Below are positions 18,862 through 28,757 of a stretch of 48,002 nucleotides of DNA, piece by piece. The stretch covers positions 1-48,002 of the forward strand of contig CALDYZ010000020.1 in the NCBI GenBank assembly GCA_937944235.1, written 5' to 3'. The first letter of the stretch is position 1, and each line of letters opens with the position of its first letter. Position numbers and translations under genes: made by a program. This DNA comes from Candidatus Dojkabacteria bacterium. Lineage in GTDB: Bacteria > Patescibacteriota > Dojkabacteria > J137. The notes below the pieces were generated by a model that was not told where the DNA came from, did no database searches, and saw nothing but the letters and a program-made list of their open reading frames with translations.

Positions 18862-21854
18862 CCCAGAATTGTAACTTTAATTTCATTATCACTATGTATA
18901 ACAGTGATTGTGCTTATTTTTACTTTTGTTATAGATTCTATTTGACTAATATTTTTATTAATAATATCCCTAATAGCACTGTTGCAGATTATTTTGATTC
19001 CGACCATCTCTCCATATTTTACTCCCGATTCTTTACGGGTTATTTGTATTAGTCTAATGACGTCTCTTACAATACCTTCTTCTAAAAGATCGTCATATAT
19101 GTATGTGTCTATTTTAATCAATAAGTCAAGACTATTATTTCTATGTTCTTTTATATAGTCTACCTCTACCGAAGTTATACCTTCAGTAGAGATATTTTTA
19201 ATGTTCAACTCTTTTAATATTATTCTTTTGATCTCGTCAGAGATGTTTTTATTTACATATATCGTTCTTAAAGGCTGTCTTGACTTTATGTTATTTGATC
19301 CTCGTATTTCATTTCCCAAATCTGTTATAGCTTGAGCTACACTCATATGTTCTAAAATATCATTGTCTAGATCAAAATCTTTGTATGTTATGTATTTGTG
19401 TAGATGTATAGATTCTCCAGATATTTCTGTTTCATCTATCATGTTCATGTATATTTCTTCTGTTATAAACGGAATTACTGGTGAAATAGTTATCAACAGT
19501 ACTATTAATACATATGATAGGGTTTCCAAAAATTCTACATTATTATACTGACTATTAAACGAGTCTCTGTTTATTCTAATGTACCATCTTGAGATTTCTC
19601 CAATTATGTCTTTTATGATCTTTACTGCTTTCTGAATTTCATAATTTTCAAAGTATAATGAAAATTGTTGGTTGAATTTAATTATCTTGTTTATTATCCA
19701 CTTGTTTGTTATGTCGCTGACCAGTTTCGATGGGTTATTGGTAACTAGATCATCATCCAAACTAAACTTTTTTATGAATTCTTTTGTTATTTTAAAATTA
19801 TGCATTTCGGCATAGGTGCTCAAAAATTGGTATATGTTAAAAATCGGAAGCAATATTTCTTGTACTTGAATTTTTAGATCATGCTCATTGAACGAAATAT
19901 CATTTCCTGACAATAAAGGTGATCCAAGTAAATATAATCTCAACGCGTCACCTCCGTATTTTTTTATTGTCTCTTCAGGATCAGGATAGTTTTTGAAACT
20001 CTTACTCATTTTTCTTCCGTCAGTTCCACTCAAATTACCCGTCGTTAATATGTTTTTAACTGGTATATTGTCAAACAGGATAGTAGAGACTTTTAGCAGA
20101 ACATTAAACCATGCCCTAGTCTGACCTATATATTCGGTAATAAAATCAGCTGGGAAATTTTGTTCGAATATTTTTTTGTTTTGCTCATCAAAAGGGTAGC
20201 TATATTCAGCAAAAGGGACAGAACCACTGTCTAACCAACAATCAAGTACATCTTTAACTCTATAGTATTCTTTTCCATCTTGGAATAAAACAATATCATC
20301 GCATACGTCCCTGTGAAGATAAATTAATCTGTCTTTGTAATACCATATTCTCTTTCCGTTATTAATTTTGTACTTTATATCGCTATTAAATTTAGACATT
20401 TCTTCTATGCTACCAATCACCAATTCATCTCCATCTTTGGATTTCCATAAAGGCATGATAGTTGCCCAGTAACGAGTTCTGGATATACACCAATCAGGAG
20501 AATTTTTTATAACATCATAAAATCTACCAGTTTTTAAGTGTTTAGGATACCAATTTATACTTTCATTTAATTCCAAAATCCTGTTTCTAATTTTATCTAC
20601 ATTTATATAATATGCATCTTGGGCTTTGTATATTAAAGGATTATTACCTCTAAAAAAAGCCAATCTGTGAGTATACATTTCTCTTCTTAGCAACAAATTC
20701 TTGTTCTCCAAATCTTTGGCTATTAGTTCGTTAGCCACCCTTAAATAAATACCTTTCCATTCTCCCACAGTCATGTTACCTTCATCATCAATGTCCTGAT
20801 AGTCACTCAAACCAAACTTTTGGCCAAGTAGAAAATCTTCTTCACCAAATCCAGGAGCTATGTGTAGAACTCCTGTACCTTCATCCATATTTACCCCTTC
20901 AAATTCATATACTTTAAAATCTGCATCATTTTTTGCGTTAAAAAAATCGTATATTCTCTCATATTCTAAACCTACAATCTCTGATCCTTTCACAGTTTTA
21001 ATTATAGATGTCACTGAATATTTATCCTTGAAAGTATATTCATACCTTTTTTTCGCCACAATTAAAAATTCGCCTTGTGATTCAACTATCACATAATCTT
21101 CATTAGCATTTACAGCAAGAGCAAAATTAGATGGAATTGTCCAAGGCGTAGTAGTCCATGCAACTATAAAAGTATTCTTAGGTAAGTCGATTATGTATTT
21201 GTTTTTATCATGTTCTTTTATTTTAAATTTAACGAATATACTTAAATCATCGACATCTTTGTAATTGTTAGATTCTGCTACTTCAAAGTCAGAAACAGGT
21301 GTACCTGTATCTGTAGAGTAGAGAGAAACTCTCTTGCCTTTGTATATATATCCCTTGTCCCAAGCTTGTTTAAATAACCATATGACACTTTCATTAAACT
21401 CAGGTTTCATAGTGTAGTAAGCGTTATCCATGTCTACCCATCTACCAACGGATTCAATATACCATCTCCATTTTTCTGTTATGTCTTTTACGAATTCCCT
21501 ACACTCTCTTACGTAATTTGATATACCAAAAGCCTCTATGTCTTTTTTATTTTTTAATCCAAATTTTTTACTTACTTGTTCTTCAATAGGTAAACCGTGA
21601 CAATCCCATCCCCATACTCTACGGACATAATACCCCTTCATTGACCAAAATCTTGTAACCGTATCTTTCGCTATAGAAGACAGAAGTGTCCCATAGTGTG
21701 GCATGCCAGTTACGAATGGTGGACCATCGATAAATACAAACCTTTTTTGTTCTTTATCTTTGTTAGTTTTTTCAAAAATTTTATGCTCCTTCCAATAATC
21801 TATCAGCTTTTGAGAGATTTCGTAAAAATCTATTTTTGAAGGAAATCTTTTCAT
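18858..21854 (-). CDS. ileS: Isoleucine-tRNA ligase, eukaryote/archaea-like (type 2)
   Basis: GPPFVTGMPHYGTLLSS (compare PPFATGxPHYGH of type-2 IleRS), WDCHGLP, KMSKS (GRKMSKSFKNYPDP), about 1000 aa. The Met at 21854 (MKRFPSKIDFYE) is preferred; the track start is 21890. Confidence 0.93.
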   Translation of the reverse strand: MKRFPSKIDFYEISQKLIDYWKEHKIFEKTNKDKEQKRFVFIDGPPFVTGMPHYGTLLSSIAKDTVTRFWSMKGYYVRRVWGWDCHGLPIEEQVSKKFGLKNKKDIEAFGISNYVRECREFVKDITEKWRWYIESVGRWVDMDNAYYTMKPEFNESVIWLFKQAWDKGYIYKGKRVSLYSTDTGTPVSDFEVAESNNYKDVDDLSIFVKFKIKEHDKNKYIIDLPKNTFIVAWTTTPWTIPSNFALAVNANEDYVIVESQGEFLIVAKKRYEYTFKDKYSVTSIIKTVKGSEIVGLEYERIYDFFNAKNDADFKVYEFEGVNMDEGTGVLHIAPGFGEEDFLLGQKFGLSDYQDIDDEGNMTVGEWKGIYLRVANELIAKDLENKNLLLRREMYTHRLAFFRGNNPLIYKAQDAYYINVDKIRNRILELNESINWYPKHLKTGRFYDVIKNSPDWCISRTRYWATIMPLWKSKDGDELVIGSIEEMSKFNSDIKYKINNGKRIWYYKDRLIYLHRDVCDDIVLFQDGKEYYRVKDVLDCWLDSGSVPFAEYSYPFDEQNKKIFEQNFPADFITEYIGQTRAWFNVLLKVSTILFDNIPVKNILTTGNLSGTDGRKMSKSFKNYPDPEETIKKYGGDALRLYLLGSPLLSGNDISFNEHDLKIQVQEILLPIFNIYQFLSTYAEMHNFKITKEFIKKFSLDDDLVTNNPSKLVSDITNKWIINKIIKFNQQFSLYFENYEIQKAVKIIKDIIGEISRWYIRINRDSFNSQYNNVEFLETLSYVLIVLLITISPVIPFITEEIYMNMIDETEISGESIHLHKYITYKDFDLDNDILEHMSVAQAITDLGNEIRGSNNIKSRQPLRTIYVNKNISDEIKRIILKELNIKNISTEGITSVEVDYIKEHRNNSLDLLIKIDTYIYDDLLEEGIVRDVIRLIQITRKESGVKYGEMVGIKIICNSAIRDIINKNISQIESITKVKISTITVIHSDNEIKVTILG

Positions 21855-22241
21855 AATGATTAAATTACTAGATAAATAATTGTTAAACATTTTACAACAA
21901 AATTACCAACAATTGAACATTATTATTCTGTACCGTGATGGTACTGTGTATAATGACGATAAATATAATTGGAATAAATACGAGTTAAATGTATGATTTA
22001 ACCAATGTATATACTTACATGAACTATTTGCATACCAAAAGCTAATATCGTTGCTAGTTTAATATAATTGTATTCTGGTTAATTACTTTCGTCATGAGCA
22101 GATAGAAAAGAAAGAGAGCATGGTAACTAGAAATCATGCTTAATTGGATAAAAATAATAAAAATAAATAAAAGTTATGTTATTTAGATCGATTAGATCAA
22201 AGGTATTGCTATTGATGAAATGTGTTTGTGTTCACATGATA

Positions 22242-22316
22242 TGGCTCCTCGAGTAGGATTCGAACCTACAACCAACCGGTTAACAGCCGGACGCTCTACC
22301 ATTGAGCTATCGAGGA
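22242..22316 (-). tRNA. tRNA-Asn (anticodon GUU), CCA encoded
   Basis: Acceptor TCCTCGA/TCGAGGA, anticodon stem TCCGG/CCGGT, loop CT-GTT-AA, T-arm GTAGG-TTCGAAT-CCTAC, discriminator G, then CCA. Confidence 0.95.
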
Positions 22317-22464
22317 TCAGAATCAAAAAATTGTATCATAAAAATTATATTCTTAAATAAATTTTATGGAAAAATTGATAAAATAACTTAATTGTCAATA
22401 GAATCATAAAAGACAAATTAGACACGAACTAAATCTTTTTGTCTTGTTTACTTAATTTTCGCTT

Positions 22465-25434
22465 ATGCAACAAGTTATAAAGCGTCAAATATATATAGAC
22501 ATACTTAGGGGTATGGCTGTTTTGACCATGATCTTCGCACACATGACCAATTTGTTTTGGATAGATAGCAGTAGTAATGGTCTTTCTCAATTCGTTAATC
22601 TGTTTGGTCAATTTGGGGGTATAGTGTCTTTTTCTGTTTTTTTATTTTTAAGTGGTGTAGCTATTAAAGTCAGTTATCTGTCGCAAATTGATTTTAATGA
22701 TAAAGTAGCTATTTACAATCTAAAGATAAAATTTATTTTGAAAGCTATTAAGCTATTGTTTGCATATTATGTGATAGCCGTTTTGTCTGTAATCATTCAT
22801 CAAAAATTTTGGTCTCAAAGTTTTGATTTTTATTATATATTAGACGCTATAACGTCAATTTTTTACTTCAAGGTAGTACCGCCTTTTGTAGAGTTTATTT
22901 TGACATTCAGTATATTTTACTTTTTAGTAGCATTTTCAACAAAATTTTTCTTTTATTTATCAAAAAATTTAGTCGTTAATTTAAGTTTTTCAATTTTGTT
23001 ATGGATTTTGGCTTATTTAGTTCAGGTAAGTGAAATACTGGAGAATTTACATTTTATTAGATATTTTTTTATTCTTTTTGTGGGAGATATTAATAATGTA
23101 AGCGGGAACGTATTTCCAGTTTTATTGTATTTCTTTGTTTTTTCTTTGGGATTATCTTTTGGAGGTATTCTAATCTCAAATATTTACAGGAGACAGAGGA
23201 ACGTAATACTTTTACTATCAACAATTTTGTTATTGCTGTTGTTTATGTCTGTTTATTTATTGAATTCATATTTCCCTTCAATTAGTCTATTCAGATATAC
23301 TCAATATGATGCTAGGTTTCCTCCCACTTTCGGTTTTTTTGTTTTTTCTTCTTTTCTAGGTTTGTTATTCATCTCATCTTATTCATTTTTGGAGAAATAT
23401 GTTAGCAGTTTTATAAAAATGGTTTTGTTTTTCATAGGCAAGAATTCTATGGGATTTTTTGTTTTTCATACAGTATTGATTTTTTTGTTTACATTTCTTG
23501 AAAGAACGGAAAATTCTTTTATTTTTTATTCATCTGATAACCCTGTTACTCTGATAACGTTATATTTATTGTTAATTTTATTAACTACAATTTTTGTTGT
23601 TGTAAAAAATACCCTAAAGAAGAATGTAAACTCCACAATACAAATGACTCCTTTTTCAAAAGAGTTTTGGTTTTTGCAACCTAGTTTTTTGAAGTTTTTT
23701 TTGTTCTTTGCAGGAATATTTTTAATTTTTTCAAATTCTGTTCTAGCTAATTCGTATCAAAAAACTTTTGATGAGAAGTCTTATGTATTTAAAAAAATCT
23801 TATTAACAGAGTCTTCAGGTTTTTCTAGGTGGTGGAATAATAACTTTATGGGTTATGTACAGATAGAATTACAGGATAATTATGATAAAGGTAGGTGGTT
23901 AACAGTTTATATTGATTTAAATGATGAAAGATTATTGTCTAAAACTGGCGATTTTAGCGATTTTGTATTAGTTAGATATAATGATGATTATGACACATTC
24001 ATAGATATACCTGCATCTTATCACTTAAAAAATAAATATTTAATGGTGAAGTTTAAAAATGTTACTTATACAAAGAAGCTAGATGATAAATACTTTATAT
24101 ATTTTGGTTCTGTGAATCCTTATCCTAGAAAAATAACAAATGAAATAGCCGATCTGGAATTAGGTTCAGATATAAAATTTAAAAGTATATACATCAATAA
24201 CATAACATCATCTATAAATAAAAAATGGCACATCAAGAAAATATCTAGAGCTTTTAACGAGGCTACTTTAGAGTTTGAAGTAAAAACTAATAATGTTTCT
24301 ATTTCAAATAAAGTTTCTTGTATATATGTTGTTGAGGGAACAAACCTGAAAGGGAAAATGCAACCTTTGGGTAATGGAGTATATAGGTCAAGTATCAAAG
24401 TTTCAGATTTAGATCCTGGTGTATATAATGTAGTTGGTTACATATATGACTATGCAGATGGTATAAAGCTACTTACTAGTCAAAGTAGCATTTTTTATGT
24501 AACTTATCCATTATATGTTACATGGACAATGGATTGGGAAGGTTGGGATGTAGCAGATAATGATTTAAACGAAATAGCTTATATAGCTAATAAGTATAAA
24601 GTACCTATAACTCACTTTTTCAATCCTCGTATATATATAGATAATCAATATACAGTTAAACAAATAACTGAAGAACGTGCTCAATACTTAACTAGGTGGG
24701 TAAGTGACAGAAAACAGAAATACTTTGAAGAAGTAGGTATGCACATGCACATGTGGGGAGACATGGTCGCAGAGGTAGGTATAATACCAAAAAATCAGTA
24801 TATAGTGGGTACGTATGGGGTAGATGTACCAACTTATGTTTATTCTGAAGATGAACTATTTCAAATCTTTGACTGGGGAAGAAGAAAACTTGCAGAGAAT
24901 GGATTAGGAGTACCTATTTCGTATAGATCAGGAGCATGGATGTCTGGTGTACATGTTCTTAGAGCAGCAGAGAAAGCAGGTTTTAAGATTGATTCTTCTG
25001 GAAGAACACCGGGTCCAGTGAACCCAAGCATATCAACAAGCACCAAAGTACCATGGAATTTAAGATCAACTACTCGTCCTTATTTACCTAATAAAGATGA
25101 TATTAACGCATGGAGTGCGCCACTAAAGGATAGAATGAAAATTTGGGAATTTCCAAATAATGGTGCAGATTCTTATTGGTTTTCTTTGAATGATTTGATT
25201 TCCAGATTTAATGATAACTATATGGTTAAAAATCAAATAATGTATTATCCGCAAGTGGTTAATTATTTAAGTCATCCTCATTGGTTTATAAATGTTGATA
25301 AATGGAAGATTAGAGGCTTATTTGATTATTTAGAACAATTTTTGCTTAGCAATGACAGGGGTCCAGTTGTATACGAAACCTTAGAAAGAATATATGCAGA
25401 ATGGGAAAAAGATAAATTTTACAACGGGAGTTAA
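22465..25434 (+). CDS. Large polytopic membrane protein: N-terminal DUF1624/acyltransferase-like domain fused to extracytoplasmic domains, including a putative deacetylase-like metal-site domain
   Basis: N-terminus QIYIDILRGMAVLTMIFAHM followed by about 12 hydrophobic helices (aa 1-430). Then soluble beta-rich domains. C-terminal ~330 aa carry TWTMDWEGWD, GMHMHMWGD, SYRSGAW and KIDSSGR, loosely resembling NodB/CE4-type motifs. Confidence 0.65.
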   Translation: MQQVIKRQIYIDILRGMAVLTMIFAHMTNLFWIDSSSNGLSQFVNLFGQFGGIVSFSVFLFLSGVAIKVSYLSQIDFNDKVAIYNLKIKFILKAIKLLFAYYVIAVLSVIIHQKFWSQSFDFYYILDAITSIFYFKVVPPFVEFILTFSIFYFLVAFSTKFFFYLSKNLVVNLSFSILLWILAYLVQVSEILENLHFIRYFFILFVGDINNVSGNVFPVLLYFFVFSLGLSFGGILISNIYRRQRNVILLLSTILLLLLFMSVYLLNSYFPSISLFRYTQYDARFPPTFGFFVFSSFLGLLFISSYSFLEKYVSSFIKMVLFFIGKNSMGFFVFHTVLIFLFTFLERTENSFIFYSSDNPVTLITLYLLLILLTTIFVVVKNTLKKNVNSTIQMTPFSKEFWFLQPSFLKFFLFFAGIFLIFSNSVLANSYQKTFDEKSYVFKKILLTESSGFSRWWNNNFMGYVQIELQDNYDKGRWLTVYIDLNDERLLSKTGDFSDFVLVRYNDDYDTFIDIPASYHLKNKYLMVKFKNVTYTKKLDDKYFIYFGSVNPYPRKITNEIADLELGSDIKFKSIYINNITSSINKKWHIKKISRAFNEATLEFEVKTNNVSISNKVSCIYVVEGTNLKGKMQPLGNGVYRSSIKVSDLDPGVYNVVGYIYDYADGIKLLTSQSSIFYVTYPLYVTWTMDWEGWDVADNDLNEIAYIANKYKVPITHFFNPRIYIDNQYTVKQITEERAQYLTRWVSDRKQKYFEEVGMHMHMWGDMVAEVGIIPKNQYIVGTYGVDVPTYVYSEDELFQIFDWGRRKLAENGLGVPISYRSGAWMSGVHVLRAAEKAGFKIDSSGRTPGPVNPSISTSTKVPWNLRSTTRPYLPNKDDINAWSAPLKDRMKIWEFPNNGADSYWFSLNDLISRFNDNYMVKNQIMYYPQVVNYLSHPHWFINVDKWKIRGLFDYLEQFLLSNDRGPVVYETLERIYAEWEKDKFYNGS

Positions 25435-25458
25435 TCATATTTTAAGCGGTCACATGTT

Positions 25459-27357
25459 ATGTATATCAGTATCGCCTTAAAATTATTACTTAAAGCTGTA
25501 ATGTTGACAATGCTATTTTGTCTAATTATTCTAATTTTGTATATCATTAGTCCTCCTAGGATAGTAAGTTCATATCCTATTACTGAGACAGTTTGGGACA
25601 CGTATTCACATCATATACAGATAAATTTTAATGTTCCAATTATTAAAGATAATATAAAAACTTCAATTGTACCCAACATATCTGGGCAGTGGGTATGGAA
25701 TGATTGTATAATTACAAACTTAGTTTGTGGGGTCCAATTTTTTCCTACATCTTATGTTGCATCTAGAACAAGATTTGTCATTTATCTTGCTGGATTGTCT
25801 CGTTTAGGTTTCTCTGAGTCACATGAACATGGTATAGTTTTTGATGCTCCAAGGTTGCCGATGATTTCAAATATAAAACCTAGTTTGGGTGATATCATTG
25901 ATGTAGGAGATACATCAAGCGTCATCCATTTGAATCTTGATAAAAGTTTGGAGCCTAACAATAAGATATTATTTAAAATGAAATCTACAGAGAAGTTTTT
26001 TGATCTTGAATATGAAAGTTCTAACAACAAATTTTATAAAATACAACTTCCAAAAGAAAACCTTGATTATAATTCGATCTTAGAAATAGATGTTTTTTTA
26101 ATTGAAGAAGTTGGTGATCAGAGTTACAGGCATAGGATAGGTTACTTAATGTACAAAACTCCTCCAAAGATAGGTTTCAAAGGTGTTATACCTTATGGTG
26201 AATCGGTCAAGCCAAATTCAAAAATTAGATTAAAGTTCGATAAGCCGGTTGATTTGCAAAGCGAAGTTGATTCATATATTGAAATTATACCTAACGTATC
26301 ACATGAGAAAAAATGGTTATCAGATACAGATTTAGAGTTGATAAAAAAGGAAGATTTAACCAAAAATACTAAATATGATATAATCCTAAGAAAAGGGTTA
26401 CTATACAAGGATGGTACTCGTCAGATCCAAGAAGTTGTACACTCTTTTAAGACTTATGGAGTAGCCAAAATAATAGAATCTTTCCCAAATAATGATGTTA
26501 ACTTATCTGTAGACTTTTTACAGATAAGATTGAAATTTAATCAACCTATGTCAGATTCTTCTGTTTATGATAGTTTTTACATTGTACCTTATGTTGGTTT
26601 TGTTATGCGTCTTGTAGATCAGTCAACATATATATTTGAGGTAACTAACTTAGAGTACAACACAGTGTATATCTATGGTTTAAAATCGGGGGTTCATAGT
26701 TTGTACGGACTAGATACTGATCAATCATATCAATACTCGTTTAAAACAAGAGACAATGTTTTTATTATGAATGTACCAAATTGTTCTTTAATTTCTCCAC
26801 AGTACTGCCAGCCTCAACAGCCTGTTTCTTTTTCTTGTAATATTTATGCTTTAAAAATGGTTTTAGCTTGGAAAGGGTACAATCTCTCGGCACAATCTAT
26901 AATTGCAGAGATGGGATATAACTCTAACTATACATCAATTTGGACAGGTAACCCAAACAAAGTTTACGTAGGTAATTCGGATGGTAGTTGGGGTTACGGT
27001 GTGTATTGGGACCCTACACAAAAAATACTGAATAACAGGAATATTGTTTCGGAAATTAAGAAAAATTGGAATATAATAGATCTTGTAAAGGAGGTAGAAA
27101 AAGGACATCCAGTTATAATTTGGAGATATAATGGGACTAGTACACCTGGTTATTTTAGCTGGATAGCAGATGATGGAGAAAAAATTAAAGCTATAAACGG
27201 ACAGCATGGTGGAGTTGTTACAGGTTTTAGAGGTTCTTCGAATAATCCTACACATATTCATTTAAATGACCCATGGTTTGGTTCCTTATGGTTAGATAAA
27301 AACACATTTGATTATTATTGGAGCTTTTTGGATAGAGTAGGTCTTGTGATATACTGA
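25459..27357 (+). CDS. Membrane-anchored protein with Ig-like (SbsA/Big_5-type) repeats and a C-terminal C39-like cysteine peptidase domain
   Basis: N-terminal TM. Repeated IRLKFDKPVDLQS / IRLKFNQPMSDSS strands. C-terminus has FSCNIYALKMVLAWKGYN (nucleophile Cys), GHPVIIW, NGQHGGVVTGFRG (His) and LNDPW (Asp). Confidence 0.7.
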   Translation: MYISIALKLLLKAVMLTMLFCLIILILYIISPPRIVSSYPITETVWDTYSHHIQINFNVPIIKDNIKTSIVPNISGQWVWNDCIITNLVCGVQFFPTSYVASRTRFVIYLAGLSRLGFSESHEHGIVFDAPRLPMISNIKPSLGDIIDVGDTSSVIHLNLDKSLEPNNKILFKMKSTEKFFDLEYESSNNKFYKIQLPKENLDYNSILEIDVFLIEEVGDQSYRHRIGYLMYKTPPKIGFKGVIPYGESVKPNSKIRLKFDKPVDLQSEVDSYIEIIPNVSHEKKWLSDTDLELIKKEDLTKNTKYDIILRKGLLYKDGTRQIQEVVHSFKTYGVAKIIESFPNNDVNLSVDFLQIRLKFNQPMSDSSVYDSFYIVPYVGFVMRLVDQSTYIFEVTNLEYNTVYIYGLKSGVHSLYGLDTDQSYQYSFKTRDNVFIMNVPNCSLISPQYCQPQQPVSFSCNIYALKMVLAWKGYNLSAQSIIAEMGYNSNYTSIWTGNPNKVYVGNSDGSWGYGVYWDPTQKILNNRNIVSEIKKNWNIIDLVKEVEKGHPVIIWRYNGTSTPGYFSWIADDGEKIKAINGQHGGVVTGFRGSSNNPTHIHLNDPWFGSLWLDKNTFDYYWSFLDRVGLVIY

Positions 27358-27382
27358 ACTTATTCGATTAGAAATTGTTGTT

Positions 27383-28477
27383 ATGAATCAAATTCATAGA
27401 GATAAGATAAAATTTATATCCTTTGTGCTAGTTTTCTTTTTATTATATCTGTTGAATGTAACCATGTTTTTGAGGTTTCTAGGAATACTGACTTTAAGTT
27501 ATGTAGCAGTACTTTTGATTTATCCATTATATGCTAGACTGTTAAAATCGCTAAAGTCTAAATCTTTAACTGCCATTGTAAGTTATTTTATATTCTTACT
27601 TTTTATATTGGTGCCTTTTGGTTTATTAGTTATAATTATTGTTAATGAAATTATAAACATTATAAACAATATTTCATTTACCGAATACATTAATAACGTT
27701 ACCGAATTACAAAATGCAATAAATAATTTAATATCGACAATTAATCAAGTTTTTATAAATTTGAACTTGGACTTCAAAATCTCTTACATAGATCTAAATA
27801 CATTTTTTAAAGATATCGATACTTCTAACTTTATTCAAAATCAACTAATACCTTTTTTTAGGAACTTAGCTACATTTAGTGTAGATTTTTTATTTAGTTT
27901 TTTTATTTTTAGTTTGTCAGTGATACTCATATTACCTGAGTGGCCAAACATACCTGTTTACTTTAGTAAAATATCTCCTTTGGATGATAAATATGATCTA
28001 ATGATTATTAGTAAGATAAATCTGGCAATAAGAAATATACTATTTGCAAGTTTTGGGGTATCTTTATTACAAGCAACCGCTGTTTTGATTCCTATGTTGT
28101 TCTTAAACGTAAATTCACCAATATTGCTATGGATTATAATGGTTTTAATGTCGATTGTACCAGTAGGGTCAGGCGTAGTTTGGTTTCCAGTAGGAACAAT
28201 TTACATCATTAATGGGCTTGTTTCTTTTAATTTTGGTTATGTCTTAACAGGTCTATTATTCATAGTATACTCTGCGATTATTATTAATTTAATAGAAGCT
28301 TATTTTAGACCTAAATTTATGGATAATGCTTTAGGAATTCATCCTCTGGTAGTGATATTGAGTGTCATAGGCGGAATTGGAGTATATGGTGCACTCGGTT
28401 TGATATATGGACCTGTATTGGTGGTTTTGCTAATAACTTTTGTAAATATATACAAAAAGAGTTTAGAAAATATATGA
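27383..28477 (+). CDS. AI-2E (PerM/UPF0118) family transporter-like membrane protein
   Basis: 364 aa, about 8 TM helices, with the size and helix spacing typical of the family. The assignment rests on overall pattern only. Confidence 0.6.
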   Translation: MNQIHRDKIKFISFVLVFFLLYLLNVTMFLRFLGILTLSYVAVLLIYPLYARLLKSLKSKSLTAIVSYFIFLLFILVPFGLLVIIIVNEIINIINNISFTEYINNVTELQNAINNLISTINQVFINLNLDFKISYIDLNTFFKDIDTSNFIQNQLIPFFRNLATFSVDFLFSFFIFSLSVILILPEWPNIPVYFSKISPLDDKYDLMIISKINLAIRNILFASFGVSLLQATAVLIPMLFLNVNSPILLWIIMVLMSIVPVGSGVVWFPVGTIYIINGLVSFNFGYVLTGLLFIVYSAIIINLIEAYFRPKFMDNALGIHPLVVILSVIGGIGVYGALGLIYGPVLVVLLITFVNIYKKSLENI

Positions 28478-28505
28478 GAGTTTACGATGTTATTGATAAT
28501 AAAAA

Positions 28506-28748
28506 ATGAAATCTAAAATTACTAAATTTTTAGTAGTGTGTGTATTGCTTTTTTTATCTTATTATGCATATATTCATTATATAGGTATACCAAAGACTTT
28601 GGCTAGACAATATTATCTAAAAGCACAAAATTATCGTAAATTTGGAAATTATGAAAAGTACACTGAATTATTAAGTAAAAGTAAAAGTTTCTTTCCAGAA
28701 GAATATATCTTGACAGAGTTAACCAAATTTCTTAAAACTGTGGATTAA
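28506..28748 (+). CDS. Small hypothetical protein with an N-terminal TM helix
   Basis: 80-aa ORF with TM FLVVCVLLFLSYYAYIHYI followed by a helical, TPR-like tail. Confidence 0.45.
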   Translation: MKSKITKFLVVCVLLFLSYYAYIHYIGIPKTLARQYYLKAQNYRKFGNYEKYTELLSKSKSFFPEEYILTELTKFLKTVD

Positions 28749-28757
28749 AACAATTGA

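Noticed and set aside
22117-22142. Terminator-like hairpin downstream of tRNA-Asn on the minus strand (AGCATG-N12-CATGCT followed by a C/T-rich tract).
   Set aside because: The stem is only 6 bp with a 12-nt loop, and the trailing tract is interrupted by C residues. This is too weak to annotate.
21891-22241. T-box riboswitch upstream of ileS.
   Set aside because: I could not find the conserved T-box sequence, the AG bay, the distal-loop motifs or a terminator/antiterminator pair. Only a small hairpin was seen, reported separately at low interest.
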